Counted from the stretch's first letter, positions 1 to 9,366 are shown. The stretch is 27,060 bases of DNA from Planctomycetota bacterium (GCA_038213805.1 JBBQSO010000072.1:1-27060); one strand, 5' to 3'. A program made the numbers and translations. Notes: generated by a model from the sequence alone, not told the origin.

Positions 1-2
1 GA

Positions 3-800
3 CTCGTCGCCCTCGATCTCGACGGCACCCTGCTGACCACGGATTGCCGCCTGCCCATGGGGCACGCACTCGCCGTGCAGGCCTTGCGGCGGATGGGCGT
101 GACGGTGGCGATCGCCACCGGCCGGCCGCTGCTGACCACGCGCTGGGTGCAGCGCGACCTGGGCCTCGACGGACCGCTGGTCTGCTTCAATGGCGGCTGG
201 GTCGGACAGCCCGACCGCACGCCGATCGCGGCCCACGGCCTTGCCGAGAGCGAGGTCCACGAGGTCATCGCGGTGCTCGCCGGCGGAAGTGGCGCGATCT
301 GCTGCTATCCCGACGCCGACACCTGGATCATGGACCGTGAGATTGCGCATACCCGCTACTGGCGTGACATCTACCAGGCGCCAATCGCCATCCACGACGA
401 TCTGCGCAGCGCCTGGCGCGGGCCGAGCCTCAAGATGATGTATGTGGTCGAGCCCGAGCACCTGCCGGCGACCCAGCAGCGTCTCGCCGAGCGCTTCGGC
501 GAGCGCTTCCACGTCGTCGCCAGCCAGGACGATCGCCTCGAGATCATGCCGCGCTGCATCACCAAGGCCTGGGGTCTGCGCCACCTCGCGGAGCACCTCG
601 GCATCGCGCGCGAGGATGTGTGGGCGGTCGGCGACGCCGAGAACGACCGCGAGATGGTCCAATGGGCCGGCCATGGCTGCATGATGGGTCAAGCCAGCGA
701 TCGCCTCCGTTCTCTGGCCCGTCACATCCTTCCCGGCATCGAGGCGCGCGGCTTGTGCGCGCTGCCGGGCCTGATCGCAAGGCATCTCGCCGACGACTGA
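3..800 (+). CDS. Cof-type HAD-IIB family hydrolase (5' partial)
   Basis: The frame from position 3 reads LVALDLDGTLL (motif I, DxDGT). It also has IATGR (motif II), K in ITKAWGL (motif III) and GDAENDREM (motif IV). The start lies upstream of the window. Confidence 0.93.
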   Translation, partial: LVALDLDGTLLTTDCRLPMGHALAVQALRRMGVTVAIATGRPLLTTRWVQRDLGLDGPLVCFNGGWVGQPDRTPIAAHGLAESEVHEVIAVLAGGSGAICCYPDADTWIMDREIAHTRYWRDIYQAPIAIHDDLRSAWRGPSLKMMYVVEPEHLPATQQRLAERFGERFHVVASQDDRLEIMPRCITKAWGLRHLAEHLGIAREDVWAVGDAENDREMVQWAGHGCMMGQASDRLRSLARHILPGIEARGLCALPGLIARHLADD

Positions 801-1035
801 ATGCCGAGAGGCGCCACGCGCGACGCGCCAGACACGTCCATACGACCCGGACGGATTGCTTCCACTGCCCATCATCTTCACAGCTGATCTGCGCGGCGGC
901 ACGCCATGGCTGGCGTCATGCGCGCACGCTCGGCCTCCTCGGTGACCGGCCCGCTGTTGCGCATCCGCGCGCTGCGCAGCGGTGCGTCCTGCTTGCTGCC
1001 CACTTGGCGGTTGCCGCAAGCCGGGTGGAAAAGCT

Positions 1036-1046
1036 GTAACGAAACC
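1036..1046 (+). promoter_or_regulatory. Candidate ECF-sigma promoter element GTAACGAAACC upstream of the sigma gene
   Basis: Contains the AAC core typical of ECF -35 elements. A 10/11 identical copy lies at 3171-3181, upstream of the next operon. Confidence 0.35.
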
Positions 1047-1142
1047 GCCTCTCCGGGACAAATGAGGGCCAATCGTACAACCCGCATTGCCGCAAGGCCC
1101 AGCTTGCCGATTCGGCATGTACAGGGCGCATGGGATCGGGGT

Positions 1143-1757
1143 ATGAGTCAGGCACGGGAATCCATGGATCAGACCCACGACATCACGGCGACTGCGGCGA
1201 ACCCTGGGATGGTCCCGGTCGACGGCACCGCCGCGCTCCGACTGCTGCTCATAAACCGTGGCATGTTGCTTGGTTATATCACCGCTATCACGGGCGACCC
1301 GACGCTCAGCGAGGATGTCTTCCAGGAAGTCTCGATCGTCGTCCTGGACAAGCATGCGCAACTCACCAGCAGCGAGGGATTCAAGCCCTGGGCGCGCACC
1401 ATCGCGCGCTTCCAGGCGCTCAAGGCAGTGGCCCGCCGCCGTGCCGGGCCGATCATGCTCAGCGGCGACATCGTCGACCTGCTCGACAAGAGCTGGAGCG
1501 CCCTCGACGAGGATCCCGCCGCCCTCGCCGACCATGAGCGCATGGCGGCCTTGCGCTCGTGCCTGACGCGCATCACCCCGCGTGCGCGCCGTCTGGTGGA
1601 GATGCGCTACTTCGAGAACCTGCCGGGTGCGCGCATCGCCGAGCTGCTCGGCAAGCCGCTCAACACCATTTACGTGGCGATCAGCCGTATCCACCGCGCC
1701 CTCGGTGAATGCGTGCGCGGCGAGCTGCAACGCCAGGGAGGCGCCCATGGCGAGTGA
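1143..1757 (+). CDS. ECF RNA polymerase sigma factor (Rhodopirellula/Verrucomicrobium-type)
   Basis: Region 2: LLGYITAITGDPTLSEDVFQEV...FKPWARTIARF. Region 4 HTH: LRSCLTRITPRARRLVEMRYFENLPGARIAELLGKPLNTIYVAISRIHRALGECV. The start may be 1143, 1164 or 1209. Confidence 0.92.
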   Translation: MSQARESMDQTHDITATAANPGMVPVDGTAALRLLLINRGMLLGYITAITGDPTLSEDVFQEVSIVVLDKHAQLTSSEGFKPWARTIARFQALKAVARRRAGPIMLSGDIVDLLDKSWSALDEDPAALADHERMAALRSCLTRITPRARRLVEMRYFENLPGARIAELLGKPLNTIYVAISRIHRALGECVRGELQRQGGAHGE

Positions 1758-3093
1758 GTCCGACACCCGCCCTGAGGACGTCCTCGAGCTCCTCGCCCTG
1801 CTCCACCTCGACGGGCTCGCCGATGCGGACCAGCGCCAGCGCCTGGAGCAGATCCTGCTCGGCGACGCCGACGCACGCGTCGCCTTCCTGCGCCTCGCCC
1901 GCCAGCACGGCGAACTCGGCGAGCTGCTCAAGTCCGGCAGCGAAGCTGGTGAAGAGCCGACGCGCCAGGGCACCTCCGCGTCCAGCCGGCGGCGCAACCG
2001 CGCACGCCGCCAGCCCCGCCTGCGCGCGGCGCGCTGGCCCGCATTGATTGCGGCCGGCGCTGCGGCCGGGCTGATCGGGGCCTTCCTGCTCGCGCCACGC
2101 CCGTCCTCATCGGACCCCGTGCCGCTCGTACTGGCGCCGCCGACCCCGATCCCGATCACGCCGTCCGCACCTGGTTTGCCGATGCTGGTCGGCGATTGGC
2201 GGGATTTCGCCGTCCAGCCGGCCACCGGCGACGATGTCTCGCGGCGCGCGCTGCTGCCAGGCGATCGCCTCACCGTCGGCCTGTCCGGCAACGCCACCCT
2301 CGCCTATGCCGATGGCACGCAGGTGGTCGTCAGCCGCGCCTCGCGCGTCACCATCCCGTCCTCTGCAACGGTTTCGGAGATCTCGCTGATCCTCGAAGTC
2401 GGCGTGCTCGATGCCGACGTCGCGGCGCAGCGCCCGCACCATCCGATGCAGGTGCGCACCGCGACCGCGGCGCTCGAAGTCGTGGGCACGCGCTTCCGCC
2501 TCAGTGCCGCCCACGGTTCGTCACGCCTCGAGGTTGCGCACGGCAGCGTGCGCATGACCGGCGCGGGCGACAAGGGCGGCACACTGGTCGCCGCCGGGCA
2601 GAGCGCCGACACCGCACGCAGCGGCACGCTGGTCGCGTCGCTGGGTGGAACCGGTGCGGATCGTCATGGCCTGCGTGGAGACTACTTCGACAACCTCGAC
2701 TTCACCGAATTGCGCTTCAGCAGGGTCGATCCGGTGATCGACTTCAACTGGGGAACAGACACCCCGGGTCCGGAGATCTCACCCGAGACCTTCTCCATCC
2801 GCTGGTCCGGCTTCATCCAGGCCGATTACGACGAGGACTACACTTTCACCTCGACCATGGACGACGGCGTGCGCCTGTACATCGACGGCAGGTTGGTGAT
2901 CGATCGCTGGGACCTCCATAAGATCGAGACCTTCAGCGGCGAGGCGCATCTGCCGGCCGGACGTCGGGTGCCGATCGTCATGGAATTCTATCAGGATCCG
3001 CATCAGTCACAGGTTAATCTGCGCTGGTCAAGCAAGAGCCAGCAACACGAGATCATCCCCGAGAGCCACCTATTCGTCGACGCCGGCAGGTGA
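1747..3093 (+). CDS. FecR-domain anti-sigma-like membrane protein with C-terminal PA14 domain
   Basis: Overlaps the sigma stop. N-terminal anti-sigma-like helices (LHLDGLADADQRQRLEQIL), a basic patch followed by a TM helix, FecR motifs (LAYADGTQV, VRTATAALEVVGTRF, LEVAHGSVRM) and PA14 motifs (GLRGDYFDN, DFNWG, FSIRWSGFI, DDGVRLYIDG, MEFYQ). Confidence 0.88.
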   Translation: MASESDTRPEDVLELLALLHLDGLADADQRQRLEQILLGDADARVAFLRLARQHGELGELLKSGSEAGEEPTRQGTSASSRRRNRARRQPRLRAARWPALIAAGAAAGLIGAFLLAPRPSSSDPVPLVLAPPTPIPITPSAPGLPMLVGDWRDFAVQPATGDDVSRRALLPGDRLTVGLSGNATLAYADGTQVVVSRASRVTIPSSATVSEISLILEVGVLDADVAAQRPHHPMQVRTATAALEVVGTRFRLSAAHGSSRLEVAHGSVRMTGAGDKGGTLVAAGQSADTARSGTLVASLGGTGADRHGLRGDYFDNLDFTELRFSRVDPVIDFNWGTDTPGPEISPETFSIRWSGFIQADYDEDYTFTSTMDDGVRLYIDGRLVIDRWDLHKIETFSGEAHLPAGRRVPIVMEFYQDPHQSQVNLRWSSKSQQHEIIPESHLFVDAGR

Positions 3094-3170
3094 GTGCATT
3101 CACGCTGTCCGGGTGACGCCTATGCGCACGTCCATTCCTGCGTCAGGCGACGCGAGCGCTGCAGCGAGCG

Positions 3171-3181
3171 GTAACGAGACC
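3171..3181 (+). promoter_or_regulatory. Candidate ECF-sigma promoter element GTAACGAGACC upstream of the pseudopilin cassette
   Basis: 10/11 identical to 1036-1046 and at a similar distance from the downstream start codon (117 bp versus 107 bp). Confidence 0.35.
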
Positions 3182-3287
3182 AAACCAGACCGCGCTGCAG
3201 GCGCGCACCGGTGATCGCACTTCAACCGCGCATCCCCCCGCGCCTTTCCCGTCGGTTTTTTCACGACTCCCTTTTGGAACCGCGCCG

Positions 3288-5216
3288 ATGATCGATGCCC
3301 AGTCCAGCCCGCGCCGCGGCTTCACGCTCTTCGAGGTGGCGATCTCGCTCGGTCTGCTCGCCTTCGGCGTGGTCAGTGTGATCATGCTCTTCCCGATGGG
3401 CATCCGGGCGCAGCAGCTGGCGCGCTTCCAGCTCTACGCCGCGGCCAAAGCGGAGGAGATGGTCGAGTGCTTCAGCACCACCCACAACGCCAACCCGGCC
3501 ATCGACGTCGAGGCCTACGATGCCTGGGACGTCCCCGTCGGCAGACGCAGCTTGGCGTGGGACCTCGAATCACGCCTCGCCTCGCACCGCTTCGGCATGC
3601 TGCCCCTGCCGCTTGAGATCGCGCGCCGCATCGACTCCGACGGCGACGAGATCCAGCACATCCTCGCCGAGGGCGGCTACCTCTACTACTCGCAGCCGAT
3701 GGCGACTTCCAACCTTGAGGAGCAGGCGATGTCCGCCGCTCCGCCCAACGAGGCGCAGCGCCTGGTCTTCGCCGTGACCGGCTACGCCCAGAGCAACGCC
3801 ATTGGCCTGCTCCCACAGAAGAGCTGGCCTTACGTCGTCCCCTACCCGTCGCCGCCCAGCTATGGCCCACACAAGCCAGATACGTTCATCGGCGGTAGCG
3901 GCACCGTCACCACAGCGAACACCCCGGGCTTCGATGCGAATGCCGCGACCAGCATCATCTGCTGGGAGGCCAACACCCCCAACGGCACGCCGCTGCCCGG
4001 TGCGGATCCCGAAATCAAAGGCGTGTTCGACGCCTATGTCGCCTATTACACCGCGCCCAAGGCCACGGTCACCGAGGCTTTGGCCACCGCCTACCTGCAG
4101 GCGGCACTGCTGTACTGCGCGCGGAAGATCACCGACACTACCCAGCTGAGCGGATTCATCTCGCCATCCAGTCCGTCGACCTTCCCCTACGACACCGAGA
4201 TCTTCATTCCCGGCACCAACCCCGTCGGCGCGTCACCAGCGATGACGTCGCTGCTGTGGAAGCAGGTGCAGGCGATGCGCTTCCTCAGCCACGCCGCGAC
4301 CTGCATGACGCGCTGGCACACCCTGAGCGAACTCAGCGGCGCGGGACTCGCCATCCCCGCGCTCAGCGGCTCGCCAGCGCTGACCCTGACCAACGATCTC
4401 ATCGTCTACTACCACGAGCGCTGCCTGCGCCTGGCCATGACCTTCGCCGCGAGCTTCCCCTACGACTGGGGCTGCCCGCGCCCGCTGCAGCGCACTATCA
4501 TGACCGACTACCCGCTGATCGAGTACGACATGTTCTCGCCGCCTTTGACTGGCAAGATCTTCTCCGGCAGCGTGGCCGCCAGCTCCATCGACGCCGCGCA
4601 GTGGCGGCCGCTCGGCGCCCAGCCGGTGCAGAACCCCGGGGTCAGCTACCAGTATCCGGGCCGTCCCCTGCCCGCCCCGGGCAGTGCGGGCGATGCCGGC
4701 TTCTGGGGCGATCGCAGCCACGTCACCCTGACCCGCGCGTTCGACGCGGCGGAACGCTGCCGGCAGATCGTGTTCTGGGCGGTCGACTGGCAGTCCTACG
4801 AGGATTGCGAGACCGCGCCGAGCGCCCCGGTGGATGCCAGCAAGTATCCGTTCCGCGCTCCGGTCGACGGCGAGGACCTCAATGCCCGCCTCAACACCGA
4901 GTTCCGCGACGAGCAGATCTACGCGTTCCGGAATCCCGAGAAGGTGCTGTCGTTCAGCAATGCACTCGCCCCGCTGAAAGATACCGGCGCCAGCGTGCTG
5001 GCCGACGAATTGCTCAACAACATGTCGAACTCCTTTCCGCCCGACCAGGGTTCGTCGACCAACGCCAAGAGCGTCTTCAGCGGTCTGTACGGCGGCGACC
5101 GCAACTTCAACAAGGTCCTCGACCGCGGGCCGGTGCCGCGCTCGGTACGCCTGCGCGCCATCCCGGTGGGGCGCTTCAACTACTACGATCCGCGCCTGAC
5201 CGCGATCGTGCGCTGA
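3288..5216 (+). CDS. Large prepilin-type N-terminal cleavage/methylation domain protein (642 aa)
   Basis: Class III signal RRG|FTLFEVAISLGLLAFGVVSVIMLFP with Glu at +5. The rest has no domain I recognise. Confidence 0.85.
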   Translation: MIDAQSSPRRGFTLFEVAISLGLLAFGVVSVIMLFPMGIRAQQLARFQLYAAAKAEEMVECFSTTHNANPAIDVEAYDAWDVPVGRRSLAWDLESRLASHRFGMLPLPLEIARRIDSDGDEIQHILAEGGYLYYSQPMATSNLEEQAMSAAPPNEAQRLVFAVTGYAQSNAIGLLPQKSWPYVVPYPSPPSYGPHKPDTFIGGSGTVTTANTPGFDANAATSIICWEANTPNGTPLPGADPEIKGVFDAYVAYYTAPKATVTEALATAYLQAALLYCARKITDTTQLSGFISPSSPSTFPYDTEIFIPGTNPVGASPAMTSLLWKQVQAMRFLSHAATCMTRWHTLSELSGAGLAIPALSGSPALTLTNDLIVYYHERCLRLAMTFAASFPYDWGCPRPLQRTIMTDYPLIEYDMFSPPLTGKIFSGSVAASSIDAAQWRPLGAQPVQNPGVSYQYPGRPLPAPGSAGDAGFWGDRSHVTLTRAFDAAERCRQIVFWAVDWQSYEDCETAPSAPVDASKYPFRAPVDGEDLNARLNTEFRDEQIYAFRNPEKVLSFSNALAPLKDTGASVLADELLNNMSNSFPPDQGSSTNAKSVFSGLYGGDRNFNKVLDRGPVPRSVRLRAIPVGRFNYYDPRLTAIVR

Positions 5217-5227
5217 GGAGCCCCGCC

Positions 5228-6451
5228 ATGCACCACCATCGCGCCGCCTTCACCCTGATCGAGGCGATGATCGCCCTCGCCCTCGGCTTGGTGCTGATCT
5301 TCACCGCCGCGTCCGGTTTCCGCGTCGCCTCGCAGGCGGCGACCGTCGCCAGCCGCATGTCGCTCGAGAACGCCATGCTGCGCGCCGGTTTCCAGACCGC
5401 GCACGAGCAACTCGATTTCTGGACGGACATCGATGACCCCGACGGCGGACCGGTCGGCATGGCCTTGCGCCAGCGCGGCACCAACAACGAGGGCGGCGCG
5501 GTCATCGGCATGCCCTTCACGCCGTTCAAGGACACCTGGTCTGGCCCCGATCCCGATCCCAACAGCAAGGACGAGTCCAGCCTGGGCTGGGATCCCCAAG
5601 ACCGCGCCTGGTCCGCGGACAACCCGCGCGGCTGGTTCCAGGGCGATATGGCGCAGAAGTGCACGGGTGGTGAACTCGACCTGCGCTCGGGACGGTACGC
5701 GCTCTTCACCAACACCGCTGACAACTTAGGGACCGGAGATTTCACGGCCATCAATACCAAGACCTACGGACCGATCTCCATCATCCCGCACCACTGGCGC
5801 GATCGCACCGTGGCCGCGCTGATCAACTCCCTCGGCTTCATGGGCCTCTGCGAGTACCTGCCGGCGAACGCGGTCTACTCGCTCTACTCCCCGGCCAGGT
5901 CTGGCGGCCCCTACTGGACCTCGACGGACATGGGCGGAATCCCCTCCTGGTGCACGCTGCCCGGCGGCAGCTTTGAGAACGGCGATGGCGGACAGCAGAC
6001 CACGCGCGGCAAATACCGCTCCACCTACATGACTTCTTACTGCATCCCGAACCCGGCATACAGCGCCACCCCGGACCTGCTCGGCGATCTGCGCCGCTAC
6101 TACCACGTCGGGTACGAGAACGATGCCGGCGCGATGCAGGAGTTCGACATCAAGACGGTTGTTCCCGCAGTCCTGCTGCAGGCGCGGCCGACCACCTGGC
6201 CGCGGGTCGCAGTGTCAGTTGCGCGCTTCATCAAGAACGCCCGGCACGTCGCCCTGTGCAAGGTGCGCTGGCAGAGCCCGGTCACCGGCGAGGTCATCGA
6301 GCTCTCCTTCGCCGGCTTCGGCACCAGCCTGCGCGGCGCCCGCCAGCAGCGCCAGCCGACCACCGGCTGGGCCGCCTGGGACAACGCCGCGTCCGTCCCG
6401 ACGAAGCCGGCGGGAACCTTCACCATCCCCCTGAACCTCGATTCGCGGTGA
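5228..6451 (+). CDS. Prepilin-type N-terminal cleavage/methylation domain protein (407 aa)
   Basis: RBS GAGGAG, then MHHHRAA|FTLIEAMIALALGLVLIFTA with Glu at +5. Confidence 0.85.
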   Translation: MHHHRAAFTLIEAMIALALGLVLIFTAASGFRVASQAATVASRMSLENAMLRAGFQTAHEQLDFWTDIDDPDGGPVGMALRQRGTNNEGGAVIGMPFTPFKDTWSGPDPDPNSKDESSLGWDPQDRAWSADNPRGWFQGDMAQKCTGGELDLRSGRYALFTNTADNLGTGDFTAINTKTYGPISIIPHHWRDRTVAALINSLGFMGLCEYLPANAVYSLYSPARSGGPYWTSTDMGGIPSWCTLPGGSFENGDGGQQTTRGKYRSTYMTSYCIPNPAYSATPDLLGDLRRYYHVGYENDAGAMQEFDIKTVVPAVLLQARPTTWPRVAVSVARFIKNARHVALCKVRWQSPVTGEVIELSFAGFGTSLRGARQQRQPTTGWAAWDNAASVPTKPAGTFTIPLNLDSR

Positions 6452-6453
6452 CC

Positions 6454-7530
6454 ATGACCATGCCGACCATCGCCCCCACCGCCCCCCGCGCCGCCCCGCT
6501 GCGCCAGGGCACCATCCTGATCCTGATCGCTGGCATCTCGGCGTTGCTGGTGACCCTGGCGGCCGCCTTCCTCGCGCACATGCGCAGCGACGCCGAGGAG
6601 ATGAAAGCGGTGATGCACGAGTCCCAGGCGCGCATCATGCTGCTCGCCGCCTGCAATTGGCTGCAGGAGGCCTCGCGCATCGGCTGGGAGACCACGCCGG
6701 CCACCGGCACCAGCCCCCACGAGGAGACCTTCGGCTGGATCGACGTGCGTGACGGCAAGCTCGGCCCGAAATTCCTCGCCGATGGCCTGGACGACGAAAG
6801 CCGCTTCCCACGCGGCACGGCCAAGCGCTTCCCGATGTACGTGATGGAGCGCCCGCCTTGCGCAACCCAGCTGACCGTCGCCTACAACCCCATCCGCACA
6901 CCGATCTCACCGAATCCGGTGGCAACCGGCGATGCGCTCTTCGGCATGCCGCTGCTGACCAATCCTGATCCCCAGCCGGTGGTCGCCAATGGCTGGACGA
7001 GCACGAATCTCGGCAGCTCGGTCTCACCCACGCTGTCGATCATCGAGAACGGCGTCACCCGCATCAACTGGGAGTCCTTCCTGGCCGGCGACAAGCGCCC
7101 GCGCGGCAACTCGCTCGGCATGTCCTGGTTCCGGCTCTTCCGCGACGGACCGGCGACCTTCGTCGTCACCTGCGGCGGCGACGGCACCATGGGCTTCCGC
7201 CTCCAGGATTGGAATAGCGGCAACCCGCTCACCGGGATGACCGCCGCCGACCGTGCCCAGTTCGGCGACGACTACGAGACCTTCCGCGCCATCGATGCCG
7301 CCGAGGTGCGGCTCTTCTACCGCGTCGAATGGAATGCGGCCTGTGCGTCGATGGACTACCACATGCTCTATCATTCGGTCGGACGTGATCAGGACCACTA
7401 CGCGATCTGGCCACCAAACGCGTCCCACACCCAGGGCGTGACGGAATACCGCACGTCGTCCCATGCCAACAATCAGGGCGGATCGATCCTCTGGACCCAG
7501 CGCCTGCGCACTGAGCCAAGCAACTGGTGA
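6454..7530 (+). CDS. PilX/GspK-like pseudopilin (no Glu5), about 358 aa
   Basis: RQG|TILILIAGISALLVTLAAAFL hydrophobic helix lacking Glu5, followed by ESQARIMLLAA. It abuts the previous stop. The start may be 6448, 6454 or 6460. Confidence 0.75.
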   Translation: MTMPTIAPTAPRAAPLRQGTILILIAGISALLVTLAAAFLAHMRSDAEEMKAVMHESQARIMLLAACNWLQEASRIGWETTPATGTSPHEETFGWIDVRDGKLGPKFLADGLDDESRFPRGTAKRFPMYVMERPPCATQLTVAYNPIRTPISPNPVATGDALFGMPLLTNPDPQPVVANGWTSTNLGSSVSPTLSIIENGVTRINWESFLAGDKRPRGNSLGMSWFRLFRDGPATFVVTCGGDGTMGFRLQDWNSGNPLTGMTAADRAQFGDDYETFRAIDAAEVRLFYRVEWNAACASMDYHMLYHSVGRDQDHYAIWPPNASHTQGVTEYRTSSHANNQGGSILWTQRLRTEPSNW

Positions 7531-7540
7531 CGGCAGGCGG

Positions 7541-9085
7541 CTATTTGGCCGCGGTCATCTTCAGCAGCACCACCCCGTGCGCCGGCACGGTGACGGTGAT
7601 CTTCTTCTCCGCATCGGGCAGGTCCTGCTGACGCCACAGGTCGCGCACGTGCTGCTTTCCAGGCAGGCCGATCTTGCCGAGCTTGGTGAACTCGTGGGTC
7701 TCCGCCACGCCGCCGCGATTGAAGAAGCCGAGCGCCTTGCCGCCGTCCTCAAGGTCCTTGGCGAAGACGTCGACCGCGCCGATGGTCGCGGCGCGCACGG
7801 CCTGCTTGCCGAGCGCGTCCTGGTCGATGGCCAGGACCTCGTCATTGCTGAGCAGGCCAACCGTGAACGGGTCGAGACGGTCGAGGTCGCAGCCGATCAG
7901 CAGCGGCGCCGAGAGCATCGACCACAGGCTGATGTGGGAGTATTGCTCATCGGCGCTCAGTTGCGTGCGGTGCAGGCTCGGTCCCCAGCCCACCCAGCCG
8001 ACCACCAGCATGTCGCAGTCGTTCCAGTGGCCCGGCGCGGCGAAAGGCACCCACGCCTCCTGCGCGAAGCCGATCTCCGAGATACTGTAGCGCCAGTCGT
8101 TGTCGTTGACGTCCCAGCGGTCCCAGATGTCGCCGGTGGTGCGCCAGCTGTTGGCCAGTCGCGCAAAGTCGGCGGCGTGTGCGATGGGGGCCGAATTCGA
8201 AAGGCTGTAGACCATGTCGCGGCCGCTGGCGCGCAGCGCCAGGCTCATCTCCTCGGTGTGCGCGACGTCGTTGGGGTTCCAGTCGTACTTGAGGTAATCA
8301 AAGCCCCACGCCCCCCACTGCTTCGCGTCCGCGGCGGCGAAGGAGTGCGCGCCGTGCTTCCAGAACTTCTGGGTGGCCATGTCCTTCGACCAGGCACCCT
8401 GCGCGTCGTCGCTGCCGCCGCCGGTGAACATCGCATAGGACGTCACCCATGGCGTGGAGTAGATGCCGGCCTTCAGACCCATGGCGTGGATCTGCGCGCA
8501 CAGCGCCTTCATGTCCGGGAACTTGGCGTTGCCCTGGATGCCGTTGAACTCACCGCCGCGCGGCCCCTGCCAGGTGTCGTCGATGTTGACGTAGGTCCAA
8601 CCGTGCGCCGCCAAGCCGCTGCTGACGATGGCGTGCGCGGATTTCAGGACCTTCTCCTGATCGACCGCCTCGGCCCAGCAGTTCCAGCTGTTCCAGCCCA
8701 TGGCCGGGGTCAGCGCGAGCTTGTCGCCGATGACGATGCGAAAGGGGCGGGTGACCGCGCCCTTGGCGTTGCTCGCCTTGAGCACCACCGCGTACTCGCC
8801 GGCCGCGGCCAGGCTGCCGGTGATGCGCCCGCTCGCCGCGTCCAGGGCCAGGCCGTCCGGCAGGTGCTCGGCCGCGAAGGTAAGCGGCTGCTCACCGGTC
8901 GCCGGGACGGTGTAGAGGAAGGGCGAACCCGGCCGTGCGCCGAACACGCTCGGGCCGTTGATGCGCGGCGTCGCCGCCGGCGCAGGCGTGAGGCTCGCAG
9001 GCAGCGCGGTCTCGGCGGCCGGTGCGGCGCCCATCATCGCCAAGGTCAGGACCAGGCCGGCGGAACGGCTGCGGTGAATCTGCAT
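7541..9085 (-). CDS. Secreted GH27 alpha-galactosidase with N-terminal Ig-like domain
   Basis: Signal peptide, then an Ig-like segment (LPDGLALDAASGRITG). GH27 motifs TPAMGWNSWN, YVNIDDTW, YLKYDW (nucleophile), WRTTGDI (acid/base) and WNDCDML, plus a C-terminal beta domain (VRDLW...VPAHGV). Confidence 0.93.
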   Translation of the reverse strand: MQIHRSRSAGLVLTLAMMGAAPAAETALPASLTPAPAATPRINGPSVFGARPGSPFLYTVPATGEQPLTFAAEHLPDGLALDAASGRITGSLAAAGEYAVVLKASNAKGAVTRPFRIVIGDKLALTPAMGWNSWNCWAEAVDQEKVLKSAHAIVSSGLAAHGWTYVNIDDTWQGPRGGEFNGIQGNAKFPDMKALCAQIHAMGLKAGIYSTPWVTSYAMFTGGGSDDAQGAWSKDMATQKFWKHGAHSFAAADAKQWGAWGFDYLKYDWNPNDVAHTEEMSLALRASGRDMVYSLSNSAPIAHAADFARLANSWRTTGDIWDRWDVNDNDWRYSISEIGFAQEAWVPFAAPGHWNDCDMLVVGWVGWGPSLHRTQLSADEQYSHISLWSMLSAPLLIGCDLDRLDPFTVGLLSNDEVLAIDQDALGKQAVRAATIGAVDVFAKDLEDGGKALGFFNRGGVAETHEFTKLGKIGLPGKQHVRDLWRQQDLPDAEKKITVTVPAHGVVLLKMTAAK

Positions 9086-9250
9086 GGGGAAGCTCCGGAG
9101 GTGTGCCGGGGCACGGTGCGGGTGCGCACGGGGACCTCAAGGGCGAGGTGCTGGTGCTGTGCACCCGCGGATCATGCAACCATCGCGGCAGCCCAGCCAC
9201 GCGCCTCCATGTGCGTCCGCCAATGGCCCCGACAGGCCCGGGAAAAGCGC

Positions 9251-9278
9251 TGGCAATCCCCGCCGTCCGTCCTATAAG
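9251..9278 (+). promoter_or_regulatory. Putative sigma-70 promoter of tRNA-Ala
   Basis: TGGCAA-N16-TATAAG, ending 12 bp before the tRNA 5' end. Confidence 0.5.
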
Positions 9279-9290
9279 CGCCACCCGTAC

Positions 9291-9366
9291 GGGGATATAG
9301 CTCAGTTGGTAGAGCGGTTCGTTCGCAATGAACAGGTCAGGAGTTCGAATCTCCTGATCTCCACCA
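9291..9366 (+). tRNA. tRNA-Ala (anticodon CGC)
   Basis: Cloverleaf with D-arm GCTCAGTTGGTAGAGC, anticodon arm GTTCG-TTCGCAA-TGAAC and T-arm AGGAG-TTCGAAT-CTCCT. Has the G3:U70 identity pair, discriminator A and encoded CCA. Confidence 0.97.

Noticed and set aside
4256..5227. N-terminal extension of the 731-aa ORF
   Set aside because: It overlaps the 3288-5216 gene in another frame and is Arg/Pro-rich. The real start is 5228, with an RBS and a pilin leader.
7463..9277. 604-aa plus-strand ORF
   Set aside because: Antisense shadow of the GH27 gene, as expected in high-GC DNA.
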